A stretch of 61,998 bases of DNA, the filler included, from Pirum gemmata (lineage: Eukaryota): assembly GCA_002812295.1 (NCBI GenBank). It is 20 parts of 20 records of this genome, joined end to end, with 100 filler letters (N's around TTAATTAATTAA, not from the genome) between each part and the next. Parts side by side here need not be neighbours in the genome. Positions count along the whole stretch, not along the records: positions 11,881 to 14,771 come from PDIN01004286.1; positions 14,872 to 17,738 come from PDIN01004287.1; positions 17,839 to 20,728 come from PDIN01004288.1; positions 20,829 to 23,717 come from PDIN01004289.1; positions 23,818 to 26,708 come from PDIN01004290.1; 15 more parts are not named here. One strand, given 5' to 3'. The position numbers were made by a program, and so were the translations under genes. The notes below the pieces were generated by a model. That model was given only the letters and a program-made list of their open reading frames with translations. It was not told the origin of the DNA and made no database searches. Below are positions 13,530 through 26,418 of the stretch, piece by piece. How positions within the stretch are numbered: position 1 is the stretch's first letter; each line of letters starts with the position of its first letter.

Positions 13530-15150
13530 CCATTATCTCAGCACTGGTAAAACTCTGGTAGACCTAATAGCTATAAAAAGAAAAAAGAAAAAAAAACAGA
13601 ATAATCAGGGACTAATCAGGGGCTGCGTAGATAACAATAATAATAATAATAATAATAATAATAATTATAATGTCATAATGATACTATGGCTATTCCATTT
13701 TGAATATAAAATTTATTGATATTATTTTATTATAAATAAATATCGTGTTTTTCAATATGATATCATAGTGTTTGTTGTCCAGTTCAAAAACTGAAATAAA
13801 CATATATGAAATAACCCCCATAACGATAACTCGATATATTTATATAAAATAATAGAAGAGTGAAGATAGGCTCAGACAGATGAACAAAAATCAAAATAGA
13901 AATAACAAAATAGGATGAACAAAAATAAATAAAAAACAAAAATCATAATAATAATAAATGGCCCCCACATGGTGCAAGTTAGTAGTAGTAGTAGGAGTAT
14001 TAGTATAATATTATAATTATATTTAATAGTAGTATTCAGAAATGGTAACAGAAGTAATAGAAGTATGTAGAAGTGGTAGTAGCAACAGAAATGATGTTAG
14101 TAATTTTAATGGTAGTAATCAAATATAATCTGATACTAAACGTGTTTGTTTCAGCTTAATCTGCTCATTTTTATCTCTAATAATAAGGTTTTTGTTCTTT
14201 CGTACTTTGTTTTCTTTAAAAATTTCTTTACCTCTAAATATATATTAATATGTATAAATATAATATATATAATATAGTATTAGTAGTTTCAATAGTATCC
14301 TGCAGCTGGTGGAAGTTGTAGTAATAGTAGATTTGTGGTAGTAATTATAATAGAAGTTGTAGTAATAATTTAATAGAAGAAGTACATTGTGATAATAAAT
14401 ATTATAAGTAACACTAACAATTTAACAATATTAATTAATGTTAATTAAAATAGGAATAATAATAATTGTAATTAATTATATTATTATTAATATATTAATA
14501 ATAGCTAGGTATTATGTAACAGCAGATCTAGATTTAAAAAGTTTGTGTTCAATGAATAATAGAATATATATCATAACACTTCAAGAAGTCTACAAAAGCC
14601 AAGAACTTTGGGGGAAAATCCCCCTCCCCCAACTCACAACTCCTGACTATCATAAAAAAAAGAATGAAAAAAAAAGAATTAAATTTTCGAAAGAAGAATG
14701 AAAAAAACAAAATGAAAAAAGAATGAATCATAAAATAAAATAAAAAAAGAACGAAAAAGCTTAAGTGTATGNNNNNNNNNNNNNNNNNNNNNNNNNNNNN
14801 NNNNNNNNNNNNNNNTTAATTAATTAANNNNNNNNNNNNNNNNNNNNNNNNNNNNNNNNNNNNNNNNNNNNTAATAATAATAATAATGTGAACTGTGGAG
14901 GTCTGGTTGTTCGTCTGTTTCATCACACATGTACAGTGTGCTCTCAATCTTTAATTTGGTAGATTTTACTATTTAAAAGTGTATAATTGAATTAGTTTAT
15001 CAAATACAAAAATTAATTATAAAATACCAAAATAATTAAAACATGCCCGATAGTTCAACTATAATAATAATTGGGTAGTTTTTGAACTGAACAACACTAT
15101 TGTAAAACACGATAGTAAAGTACTACTAGCAAGACTAGTAGAGACTCTAA

Positions 15151-15458
15151 GGGAGCGTTCAATAATTACGTAACGCTGGGGGGTAGGTACCCCCTCCCCG
15201 GGTCGGATTTTTGTGACAGGCCGTGACGCAGTAGGGGGGGGTAGGTTTTCGTAATATGACATAACGCAAAAAAAAAAATATACCCTATATAACTCCTATA
15301 TATTAGGGTAATTTAGGAGTAATTTAGGGTACTATTTTTTCCAATCGTTACGTTTGAGAAGGACTACCTACCCCTTATGACGTGACAGCCCGTTACACGG
15401 GGGGTAGTAGGGTAGGTTTTTGTCCCAAATCGGCGTTACGTAATTATTGAACGCTCCC
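15151..15458. mobile_element. PIF/Harbinger (Tourist-like) MITE
   Basis: Perfect 26-bp TIR GGGAGCGTTCAATAATTACGTAACGC with a TAA target-site duplication on both sides. Confidence 0.9.
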
Positions 15459-15723
15459 TAACTACAGTGGAGACTACTATAACATAATATTATTATTTGT
15501 TACTCCAAATATTTATTTGGTTGGTTATAATATTTAAATTGACTTTTTTAAATGAATAAATAGATAATAAAATATGCCAAATTAAATGAAATGGATTTAT
15601 ATTATTTTTATTTGGTACTCTTTATTGTATTTTTTATTATGATGACAAAACAACTGAAAAGCACGATATCATAATATCATTCTAAATTGTAATAGCGTCG
15701 TAACATCCTTGTCTGCCTTTTTT

Positions 15724-16007
15724 TTAGGGTTAAGGTTAGTTAGGGTTAGGGTTAACGTTGGGGTTAGGGTTAGGGTTAGGGTTAGGGTTAATGTTTTGGG
15801 GTTAGGGTTAGGGTTAACGTTGGGGTTGGGGTTAGGGTTAGGGTTAGGGTTAGGGTTAGGGTTAGGGTTAGGATAAGGATTAGGGTTAGGATTAGGGTTA
15901 GAGTTAACGTTGGGGTTAGGGTTAGGAGTAGGGTTAGGAGTAGGGTTAGAGTTGGGGTTAGGGTTGGGGTTAGGGTTAAGGTTAGGGTTAGGGTTAGGGT
16001 TAGGGTT
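15724..16007 (+). repeat. Interstitial degenerate (TTAGGG)n array; second tract at 16378-16447
   Basis: ~280 bp of TTAGGG with TTGGGG/TTAACG/TAGGAG variants, internal to the contig. Confidence 0.95.
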
Positions 16008-16839
16008 CGATTTGAAATACTTTAGCCACGAAGTTTTACAGATGTACTTAATTGCCCATTTCCTTTAGAAATGATTAGATTAAAAAATATGTTTACATTT
16101 TCTTCAGAAAAAATCTATTTCGATCTACAGCAGAAATAAAAAAGAACACTAAAAGAACAAAGAACATAGCTATTTGGAATGTCGAACGATAATAATAATT
16201 ATAATAAATTAAATAATATACTGTAGACCCTTATTGTAATTATGCTATAAATATGTTAAAAAAAGAAACCTTTTATGTAGTCTATAACCTTTATCATAAT
16301 TATACTAGCTAGTAGTTGTGCTATCATAATGTGGTGTGGTGGTGAAGGTGTTGGGGGTGGGTTGGTGAAGGTGTTGGTAGGGTTAGGGTTAGGGTTAGGG
16401 TTAGGGTTAGGGTTAGGGTTAGGGCGTTAGGGTTAGGGTTAGGGTTACCGTAACTCTTTCAATTGCCCTAACCCCTGAATATGTTTTTATTATGCTATCN
16501 AAAAAAAAAAAAAAAAAAAAAAAAAAAATAGGGCCAGTTATCCACTCAATCTTTAATTCGGTACTTTTTAAGTATATAATTGAACTTTTTTATAAAATAA
16601 AATAGTAAGTATAAAATACCAAATTAATTAAAACATGTCCGATAATAATAATTAGGTATGTTTATTTCAGTTTTTGAACTAGTAGTCCACACTTCACAGT
16701 CCGTCATATGATATTATGATAGACTCATTTTTTTATTTTCTAAAAAAAGAAACTATATAGCCTTTATTAGCGAATCCGAAATCGTTTTCAAAATTAATGA
16801 AAATGATTCGAACACGTTTGGCTTTTTTATTGGCTATAT

Positions 16840-16900
<61 letters not shown>

Positions 16901-17855
16901 TTTTTTTTACTCAGTTCTAACTCCCAATTCCCCTCGAGCCCGAAACTCGAATTTCTGCTGTCGAAAAAAAAGCTCTGTTCGAAAATTATTTTCCATTTTT
17001 TCGAGTTTATAAACAAATAAATATACTCGAATACTTAACTTTAGCATAAAATGTTCGAACTTATTTAATTAATGCATAGGCTCGAGAACTTGATTTTTAA
17101 ACAAAGTAGAAAGAATTAGAAGCCTGAGTCTAGCTAGCTAGTAGTCTGTTTGTAGGACACCCCCTTTGCGAATATTTTTAAAAGGGCGAGGGGTGAAGTG
17201 GAAGGCTATTCGCCACTTAGAGTTACCATAAATAGTATTTATATAGCTATAAATAGTAGCTACTATTTTAGAAGCTTCTATTAATAGTATGACCACTCAT
17301 AGCTATTATACTATTTAAAGTAATTTTAATCACAAAAATTCAATTAGTAAAATGACGTCATCTCATCCCTCCTCTGTTTGCTATAGTTTTTTTTCTTGAG
17401 TTTTTTTTTTCAAGAAAAAAAATTCTTTTTGAGATTTGATGAGGTGATTGGAGAATGCCGGGGGAGTAAACTTCGACTAGAGCTCGAGGCTCGAAGAAGA
17501 ACCTAGATATATAACCAAGTGGTTTATCTTAATTAACAATACATTCGAATATCTATCATACAACTTCGAGACTTCGAGCTTTTTTAAACCCCAAAATAGG
17601 GAAATTATAACCTAAATAAAGCAACTTATAAGGAGATTTACCACTAAAAACTTTACTAAATAGTATAGTGCTTTTCAGTTGTTTTGTCATTATAAAATAT
17701 ATAATAAATAGTACCAAATTAATACAATATACATCCATNNNNNNNNNNNNNNNNNNNNNNNNNNNNNNNNNNNNNNNNNNNNTTAATTAATTAANNNNNN
17801 NNNNNNNNNNNNNNNNNNNNNNNNNNNNNNNNNNNNNNTATTTTTTTAAGCGACG

Positions 17856-17899
<44 letters not shown>

Positions 17900-18163
17900 G
17901 TTAATGCTATTATCGATATCAGTATTGTTATTATTATCGTATACACAAGTAACACAATTCTCTTACACACCGTTTTTATGTTGTTATTTATGTTGCAAAT
18001 TTTTTAAGACAAAAAATTGATCACAATTTTCTATAATATTATCATATTATATTCATAATAGTCTATAGGGGTTCTACAGGTGCATAAGAAACACAGTAGG
18101 CTCTCAGAATCCCTCAGTTAAGCCTGTAGACTAAATGGGATAGTGGATATTTAGGTATCATAA

Positions 18164-18360
18164 TATTGTGCTTTTCATTTATTTTGTCACTCCGAATATT
18201 TATTTGGTTGGTTATTATATTTACATTGACATTTTTAAATGAATAAATAGATAATAAAATATACCAAAAAAATTTAGATTAAATGGATTTATATTGTACT
18301 ATAGCTAATTTGGTACTTTTTATTGTATATTTTATGATGACAAAACAACTAAAAAGCATA
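18164..18360. mobile_element. Abundant ~200-bp AT-rich MITE family with TATCGTGCTTTTCA TIRs
   Basis: Same internal sequence (GAATATTTATTTGGTTGGTTAT...GATGACAAAACAACTGAAAAGCACGATA) recurs at ~15492-15668, 17666-17738, 18484-18575, 18709-18893, 19450-19580, 19728-19868, 50700-50762 and 56845-56998, in both orientations. Confidence 0.8.
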
Positions 18361-19727
18361 ATAGACTAGCCAGACCCCAGTCTAGAACTATCATGGTAGA
18401 GTATCATGAGTATGACAGGATCCTATTTTTATCCTGATAGTCTATAGCTTAGTCTATATACTTATCATTATATATAAATAATATTGTGCTTTTCATTTAT
18501 TTTGCCACTCTGAATATTTATTTGGTTGTTTATAATATTTAAATTGATACTTTTAAATAACTGAAAAGCACGATAGTTATTATAATAGTTAGACAACTGG
18601 AGGACTCTGGGGGTCTATATTAATAGGCGGTGGGGTGGGGTCTATATATTATATTATAATAATAATTGTATCTGATAGTGCTTTTCCAAGGACATCAAAA
18701 AAAACTTGGCTTTTCAGTTGTTTTGTCATCATAAATATACAATAAATAGTACCAAATTTTAATACAATATAAACCCATTTAATTTAATTTGATATATTTT
18801 ATTATCTATGTATTGATTTAAAAAATGTTAATTTAAAGATTATAACCCTCCAAATAAATATTCAGAGTAACAAAATAAATGAAAAGCACGATATTGTTAT
18901 CTCTATAATAATCTGTAGTCTATAGAGAGTCGAGCTGTGGATAGTAGTAGCTAGCTAGCTAGTCTATAATATGATACCGTAGTTTACCTAAAGTAACTGT
19001 TTATCACAATAAATTTATAATAATTAATACAACAACATTTTTTCGGTGAGCCATTTTTGACTCATTTTAGGCCATTTTATAAATTGCCAGGATGACGGGA
19101 ATAAAATAATAATATGATATTAATAATAATAATAATAGTAAAAAACCTGAGTAAAAAAAGTGTAAAAAAACAAATAACGCACAGCAAAAAAAAATAGACT
19201 AGCTAGAGGGGGGGGTCTATTGATAATAATGACAATAGTAGGTCTAAACTTTACAAAAATAACTACACAGCAAAATATAAATAAAATAGTTATTTTAAAG
19301 ACTAATTATAATGATGTATTATAGTTTGTATTATATAATATGATTTATAAGAATGAAACCATATAAAATGGATATGAAATACTTTTGTAAAATACCTGTG
19401 ATCGCACATCTACTACTACGGGTAGGCACGTCTATTATTTGTAAACTAATATCCGAATATTTATTTGGTTGTTTGTAATATTTAAATTGATACTTTTAAA
19501 AAGAAATAAATATATAATATATAATAAAATATTATATTATTGTATATTTGATGATGACAAAACAACTGAAAAGCACGAAAGTCTATTAAAGTGTAAAAAA
19601 AATAATTACTGTTTAGAGTGACTATCAGTATCGTCTATTTCATGACACTTGTCCTCTCAATCTTTAAATTGGCACTGTTTAAGTGTATAGTTGAACAACA
19701 ACAATGAAATAGACGATCATATGGTAT

Positions 19728-19868
19728 TATCGTGCTTTTCATTTATTTTATCACTCTAAATATTTATTTGGAGGGTTATAATATTTAAATTGACACTTTT
19801 AATAATGTATTAATTTGGTACTATTTATTGTATATTTTATGACGACAAAATAACTGAAAAGCACGATA
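19728..19868. mobile_element. Internally deleted copy of the TATCGTGCTTTTCA MITE with both TIRs intact
   Basis: TATCGTGCTTTTCA ... TGAAAAGCACGATA. Confidence 0.8.
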
Positions 19869-20225
19869 ATAATTTAGGTTTACATAAGTTTACATGAGTG
19901 TTACATGTGTCCTCAAAAAAATTTATGGTATTAAAATCTAAAAACGGGGTTGCTAAAAAAAAAAAAAAAAAATACGAAAAAGTTGCGGTTGGAGGATGAT
20001 CATTGATCAAGCAAGACCTGCTGAATCAAAGTTAGTTCAAAGTTCAAACCTCCAAAAAATCAGTGTAAACCTCTTTTTGGAAAGCCATTTTTAGAGTTTT
20101 TTTTTCTTTCGTAATATTTTTCAAAATGCAAATAAATTATTGTTATAGTCTATACTTGCTACGATAGTAGGATCAAGTGTGACCATGAGTAATCATGACA
20201 TTTCATGACATTATTAATAGTCTAA

Positions 20226-20363
20226 GGGAGCGAACAAATAATACGTCACGTCAAGGGGTAGGTAGGTAGGTGGTATTTGACCAGAAATTAACGTCGAGGG
20301 GTAGGGGTATTTGAAGCTGTATTTGACCAGAAATTGGCGTTACGTAGTATTTTGAACGCTCCC
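20226..20363. mobile_element. PIF/Harbinger MITE, related to 15151-15458
   Basis: GGGAGCG...CGCTCCC ends with TAA TSD. A fragment of its interior also occurs at ~13060-13150. Confidence 0.85.
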
Positions 20364-20365
20364 TA

Positions 20366-20548
20366 ATATCGTATTTTTCAATAGTGTTGTCCAGTTCAAA
20401 AACTGAAATAAACGCACCAAATTGTTATTATGGTTAAACTATCGGGCATGTTTTAATTAATTTGGTATTTTATACTTAAGGTTGTATTTTATAAACTAGT
20501 TCAATTATACACATAAACAGTACAAAATTAAAAGATTGAGAAGACAAT
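20366..20548. repeat. Dispersed repeat family (GTCCAGTTCAAAAACTGAAATAAAC...AAAGATTGAGA)
   Basis: Related copies at ~13742-13805, 14938-15113, 16545-16680, 19650-19700, 41035-41125, 41570-41635 and 59448-59536. Confidence 0.7.
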
Positions 20549-20835
20549 TGTAATGAAATTTTTAAAAATAGATAATATTGTATATTTTTCTTTTTATTTC
20601 TTGTTTTGTTTTTGAAATATCATACCATGATACTGGTAAAAAACATTATAGACTATGTTTAGCAAAAAAATAAAAATACAATATTGAATAATAGCATCTC
20701 GTCTTTAAAAAAAAAAAATATTTTGTAANNNNNNNNNNNNNNNNNNNNNNNNNNNNNNNNNNNNNNNNNNNNTTAATTAATTAANNNNNNNNNNNNNNNN
20801 NNNNNNNNNNNNNNNNNNNNNNNNNNNNTTATACC

Positions 20836-20872
<37 letters not shown>

Positions 20873-21284
20873 TGATGATATTATATATATCATCGGCTTG
20901 TAATACAATACAACTGATAATAAGAATATTAATAATTATATAATATAGTAATATTCTATAATATTATGTATAGTTATTAATAATATTATAACAGTTTTAA
21001 CAAATTAATAATAGTAATGATAAAAGTGGCATGGTAATTATAATGATAAATTTATAAAAAATAATGATAGTTATTAAAATATGAATAAGGATATTTATGA
21101 AAATAATGATAATAATTAATTGTTTTTGATAATAAAGATAAAGGACCCAAAAAATTGCTCAAAAAAAAAAAATAACTATATTATATAAGAGGGAAAAATA
21201 AAAAGGAGAAGCAAATCAAAAATAATAAAAATTAAAACAAAAACAAAATTAATTATTAATTAAAAGCAAAAAAAATAACAAAAA

Positions 21285-21902
21285 ATGAATACTTTTAAAA
21301 ACGTTTTCAAATACATTGATATTGAAAATGAAATGACATATGATAGTAAATGTAAAGGAAACTGTGGCCGATACCCGAGCCAAAATTATCCTAGTAAAAC
21401 TAAAAGATTATACTGTAAGCAATGCAAACTTCCAGGTATGGTTGATGTTAAGAATAAAAGATGTGCTGGTGATAATTGTCATAAATACCCAAATTATAAC
21501 TACCAAGGTGAAACCAAAAGGCTGTTTTGCAATCTTTGTAAAAAAAAAGGCATGATAAACATTGCTTACCACAATAGTAAAAAGTCAAAAAAATTAGTCA
21601 AAAGTGCGAAAATGGACGTGGCTTACCTAAATGTACATGTAGAACGTAGTCGCAGTGAAAATGATTTAGATTATATACTTGAGCTTCAACATAACTATCA
21701 CTTTAATCGTGATCAAAGCTATGATTCCTTAGTTATTAATAAAGAAGAAGAAAATTCTTACGTTAATTTTGCTACTTCTTTTACAACGCCTAGCTCTCCA
21801 ATAAATCATCATCACGACTATTCTTTAACCTCTTATAGTAGTAGTAGCAAATTAGAGGTACCATATGCTGTGTCTCACTCTATTGCTTACATATTAAGTT
21901 GA
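21285..21902 (+). CDS. EsV-1-7-type cysteine-rich repeat protein, 205 aa, intronless
   Basis: Two ~36-aa repeats: CKGNCGRYPSQNYPSKTKRLYCKQCKLPGMVDVKNKR and CAGDNCHKYPNYNYQGETKRLFCNLCKKKGMINI, matching the EsV-1-7 pattern C..C...P..N..G.....(Y/F)C..(H)K..GM.(D/N)V. A-rich ATG context and TATA-like element upstream. Confidence 0.85.
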   Translation: MNTFKNVFKYIDIENEMTYDSKCKGNCGRYPSQNYPSKTKRLYCKQCKLPGMVDVKNKRCAGDNCHKYPNYNYQGETKRLFCNLCKKKGMINIAYHNSKKSKKLVKSAKMDVAYLNVHVERSRSENDLDYILELQHNYHFNRDQSYDSLVINKEEENSYVNFATSFTTPSSPINHHHDYSLTSYSSSSKLEVPYAVSHSIAYILS

Positions 21903-21957
21903 AATATAACTGATTAATTAAAAAAATGAAAATGAAAATTACATGATATAAATAAAT

Positions 21958-21994
<37 letters not shown>

Positions 21995-24234
21995 TTTTTT
22001 TTTTTATAACATAAATAAGACTACCAGTAATAATAATAATAAGTTTACGTCATTTTTTGGGCACTAATGAAAAAGGTATTTAAAGTCACTTGATTGTCAT
22101 GTTTGGTTTTGATTAAGGATTAAAGGTAAATGCCACTTTTGACTGACTTTAACTGATTACAGAGACATAAATAACACGAAATCAGGTGCACCAGTACTGT
22201 AAATGACACGGCTTACAGAAGACGTCCGTATCTACATAGATTGAACAATTTGATGAATTTTTCTTTAGGATGACAAACAGATTTTGTACATATTTTACAA
22301 CTATAAAATCTTACACTTTTACTACAACCAACACAATTTATGGTGTCATCTTATTGGATTATGTGTTTTGTTTGTATGTTGATGTAGTAGGTGACACCCT
22401 ATTGGTGCTGGGTAGGGAGGTGCTGATAACGTGTTGAGGTTGAATGTTGTTTATTAAAAAAAAATATAAAATAAAAAGATGTTTTTTCTCCAATTTGTTG
22501 TGTTGCTAGGTTGCTTATATACATTTTTGTTTGCATATAGCTTGTTTGTTTCACTAGTGGTTCAACAGTAGCATACTATACTTAAAGTTCTTGAAAAAGC
22601 AGTAAAACTGTTACTCTTTTTAGAAGGCCGTGTACCAGTTGAAGAATCTGTTTTTCTTTTACTTGAATTCACTGTCGCAGAATCTTTGTTTGATGTATAT
22701 TCTTGCGAATTCCGGGATTTTTAGGATCAACAAAACCACACACTTTCTTACTTATTTTACAGTTCTTGAATTTTCTGGATTTAGTGTTAGCCTTGGTATT
22801 AGCATTAAATTTAGTATTAGTATTGGTATTAGTATTAGTATTAATATTAATTAATATTAGTATTAGTATTATATTAGTATTAGTACTAGTATTAGTATTA
22901 GTATTAGTATTAGTATTAGTATTAGTATTAGTATTAGTATTAATATTAGTATTAGTATTAGTATTAATATTATATATTAGTATCATTATCACTATTAGTA
23001 TTAGTATTAGCATTAGTATGAGTATTAGTGTTAACATTAGTAGTATTATTAGTGTTAGTAATATTATAATTAGTATTACTGTTACTGTCACTGTTACTAC
23101 TAATATTAATTACTATTAATATAATATTAATATTACTACTGCTACTTCTATTTTTATTACTATTACTATTAGCATTAGTATTATCATTACTATTACTATC
23201 AGTACTATTACCATTACTATTACTACTAGTGTAATATTAATATTAATATTAGAATTAGAATTAAATTAGTACTACCGGTAGGAGTAGTAGTAGTAGTAGT
23301 AGTAGTATAAATAGTAGTAGCTTTTTTCGTTTTTGCTGCTTTGTAAACGCCTCCTTATATTGTTGTTTTTGATACATTTTTCTAAAATGGTTTTATCCGC
23401 TATAATTAATTAATAGTATTATCTTCACTATCTTCCGGAAAATAGTTTTCCAACGTCCTTTTCTGTGCGGTGCAAATTCACTGTCATGATCCAAAGTAGC
23501 CTCTATAGCTGTATCGCTAAGCGAATAATCCTCCTTGGGAGTGGTGTTTTACTTTTATCTCGCTTGTTTTTTGTATCTCGCCCCCGACTGGGACCACAGA
23601 TTTAGACCTCAGTTTTTTTTGTTGAAAGTAGTCCAAAGTGTACGTAAAGCCGTTTCGGAATGTGCAGTTATTTTCTCCTCAACTTATTATTATTATTATT
23701 AATAATTATTATTATTANNNNNNNNNNNNNNNNNNNNNNNNNNNNNNNNNNNNNNNNNNNNTTAATTAATTAANNNNNNNNNNNNNNNNNNNNNNNNNNN
23801 NNNNNNNNNNNNNNNNNTTGAAATCCAAACTTTTTCGAAAGTATTAATTATTTCAAAGCACTTTCCCGGAAAATGAGTTTTTAAAAACAGGGCCGTTTCA
23901 ACTTTCAACACATTCTAAAATATTACAATCCTTCACTTGAAAAACACTATCTCTTGTACAGTAACATACCTAGTTTCTATTCTAGCTATCATACTTTGTT
24001 AGTACAGACCCTTAAACCCTTATCTACAAAAATTAATAAAAGTGTTATTTTTTGAACTCTAGCATGCTTTTTTGTGCAGTCTCTTATAGCCTTCATTCCC
24101 TTAAATAGGGGGGGTACTAACGGTAACTTGTCCCTTTAAAAAGGGAGTCATAAAGGGGTGGTTGATAGGAGGTTCTAAAAATAACATATAATTATTTTAT
24201 TATTATTATTATTATTATTTTTGTTGTCATTAAA

Positions 24235-24265
<31 letters not shown>

Positions 24266-25071
24266 TACTAAGCCCCATACCCCTTTGTTTGTTCATACTA
24301 ATACCTACTAATACCTCTCCCCTTTCCCTTAGCCTTCACTGGCTCCACTGGGGTCTACAGAAGGGGGTGGTGGTCTGCTTTGGTCTGCTTGGGTCTGCTA
24401 TTATTATTATTATTATTCTTTTATTCTCAAAATAAATCATGTCTGTTCTACTTAATTAAAAGTNTGGGGTGTTAAACAATAATTACAATGATGTTTTAGA
24501 CAGCTATGACAAGGTTTTAATTGGTGGTATTAATTACTTAATAAATTAAATTAATGTTTTTCTAAATTATATCGTTATGAAAAATCTAATAATAATAATA
24601 ATAATAATAAATATATTAATAATAATAATAATAATAATAATAATGGAAAGGAAAGAGTGAAAAAATATTGATAAAAAAATATATATAACAATAAGAAGAA
24701 AATTAGAAATTAGTAACAAAATATTTGGTATAGATAATAATATTTATGGAGGGAAGACGCAGTTTTTTCTTTTATTTTAAATTTGTATTTCTGATTAATT
24801 AATTAATAAATTAAATTAATGTTTTTCTAAATTATATCGTTATGTAAAATCTAATAATAATAATAATAATGGAAATTTAAAGAAAAGAGTGAAAAAATAT
24901 TGATAAAAAATATGTATAAGTTTTACTTTGTAATCTAGATTAATTTAATTAATACTACTATTTGTTTGAAGTTGTCTTTTATTGTAAAAATTGGATAATA
25001 ATATTACATTTTAATTAATTAAGAAGGAATCTCTGAACATCCCACTACATCTCATTTTATTAAAAAAAAGA

Positions 25072-26418
25072 TTATAACAAATTTAACACTATGAACATTA
25101 GACTTACAAGACCAACTATTTTTTCAGAGATAATCATAGTTGTTGCCATTGAACTTCTTTCGTATACATATTCAAGTTGGGGAGGATTGTAACCCGTTCG
25201 AGGATTCCCAATAACACGTTCTTTTGGAAAGGGTTGTCTTAGTGATTCGTAATATACATCATCTGCGCATCCTGCCATTTGCTTACAGTAGGAAGTGACT
25301 TTTCTCCTTACCACATTCACTACTTGAACTTCGGGTAATTCCATCACTATAAGATTGATTTTGCCATTTTCGTAATTTTCACAAGCATTTTTACGAGTGA
25401 TATTACACAGTGGAATAACAGGGTATTTGTTTCTATCGAAGTCTACACGATCATTACCGGAAACACCAGACAAAAGTAATGGTGCGAATGTATTTTCATA
25501 CGTTCTCCTGCCCCAAGTGCGCATCTCATAAGCCCCAGAATATTTCCAATCATAGCAACCACTTAGTGCATAACAATACAATAATTTCTCCTGTAATTCC
25601 TGATTAAACTTTGTGTATGTGTTTGCTTCCGTTTGGTTTTTGATCTTGACTTCATTTTTGGCGTTAAGATAATGGTTTTTGATCATGTCAACACTTAATC
25701 CATTAAGATTTGTCGGTAACGTGTTTTCGCAATTATAAAATTCTTGTGGAAAACACTGCTCCAAAGGCAGGGAGCCCCGTGGAGTACCTGTATTTACAGC
25801 TTTACTACCTATAAATATCTTCCTTTCAAACAGTAATAATTTATTTCTCTCCTTTTGAATGTACTCATATTCATATTTACACCCAGCTAAAACCTGACAA
25901 AGAAATTTAGCCTCAAGTTTTAATAAGGTATAATTTGTTACCCCTACCTCAGACTCAATAACTCGCATATCAATTTCATTCCATTCGTATTCATAACATT
26001 TTTTCCAGCGGTCTGTGTTGCAAAGAGGTATAACAGGCTTTTCCTCGTATTTGTTTTCAGCATCGGCAATATAATACAAAGGGTAGTAAAATAGAACCCG
26101 GTCTTTCACAATATTATGTGCTCCTGAGTACTTTTTGTTTATGCACCCAGACATATAATAGCAATGAAGCAACGATTCTGACATAACAACTGTCATTTTT
26201 ATTTTGGGATTAAACTTTCTAACAGCTTTGGACCATTCATAATCATCCCTATAATAACCAGGATCATAATATTCATGAACAGATGAACCGTTTAAATTAG
26301 TTGGTAGATTACTTTCACATTCATAGAACGATTCTACCTCGCATTCACCTCGACAAGATCTAAAACATGCCATTAAAACGATCAGCTTAAGGCAAATGAG
26401 TATGTTAGTTTTCATCAT
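25072..26418 (-). CDS. Cys-rich surface protein with two tandem ~195-aa domains, signal peptide and probable GPI-anchor signal, 448 aa
   Basis: Single-exon ORF with an N-terminal hydrophobic signal. Duplicated motifs FY.CE..LPTNLNG.SV, LL.CY..SGC...KYSGA, PVIPLCN and C...AGC. C-terminus is SSMA + spacer + hydrophobic tail with no cytosolic segment. Confidence 0.85.
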   Translation of the reverse strand: MMKTNILICLKLIVLMACFRSCRGECEVESFYECESNLPTNLNGSSVHEYYDPGYYRDDYEWSKAVRKFNPKIKMTVVMSESLLHCYYMSGCINKKYSGAHNIVKDRVLFYYPLYYIADAENKYEEKPVIPLCNTDRWKKCYEYEWNEIDMRVIESEVGVTNYTLLKLEAKFLCQVLAGCKYEYEYIQKERNKLLLFERKIFIGSKAVNTGTPRGSLPLEQCFPQEFYNCENTLPTNLNGLSVDMIKNHYLNAKNEVKIKNQTEANTYTKFNQELQEKLLYCYALSGCYDWKYSGAYEMRTWGRRTYENTFAPLLLSGVSGNDRVDFDRNKYPVIPLCNITRKNACENYENGKINLIVMELPEVQVVNVVRRKVTSYCKQMAGCADDVYYESLRQPFPKERVIGNPRTGYNPPQLEYVYERSSMATTMIISEKIVGLVSLMFIVLNLL

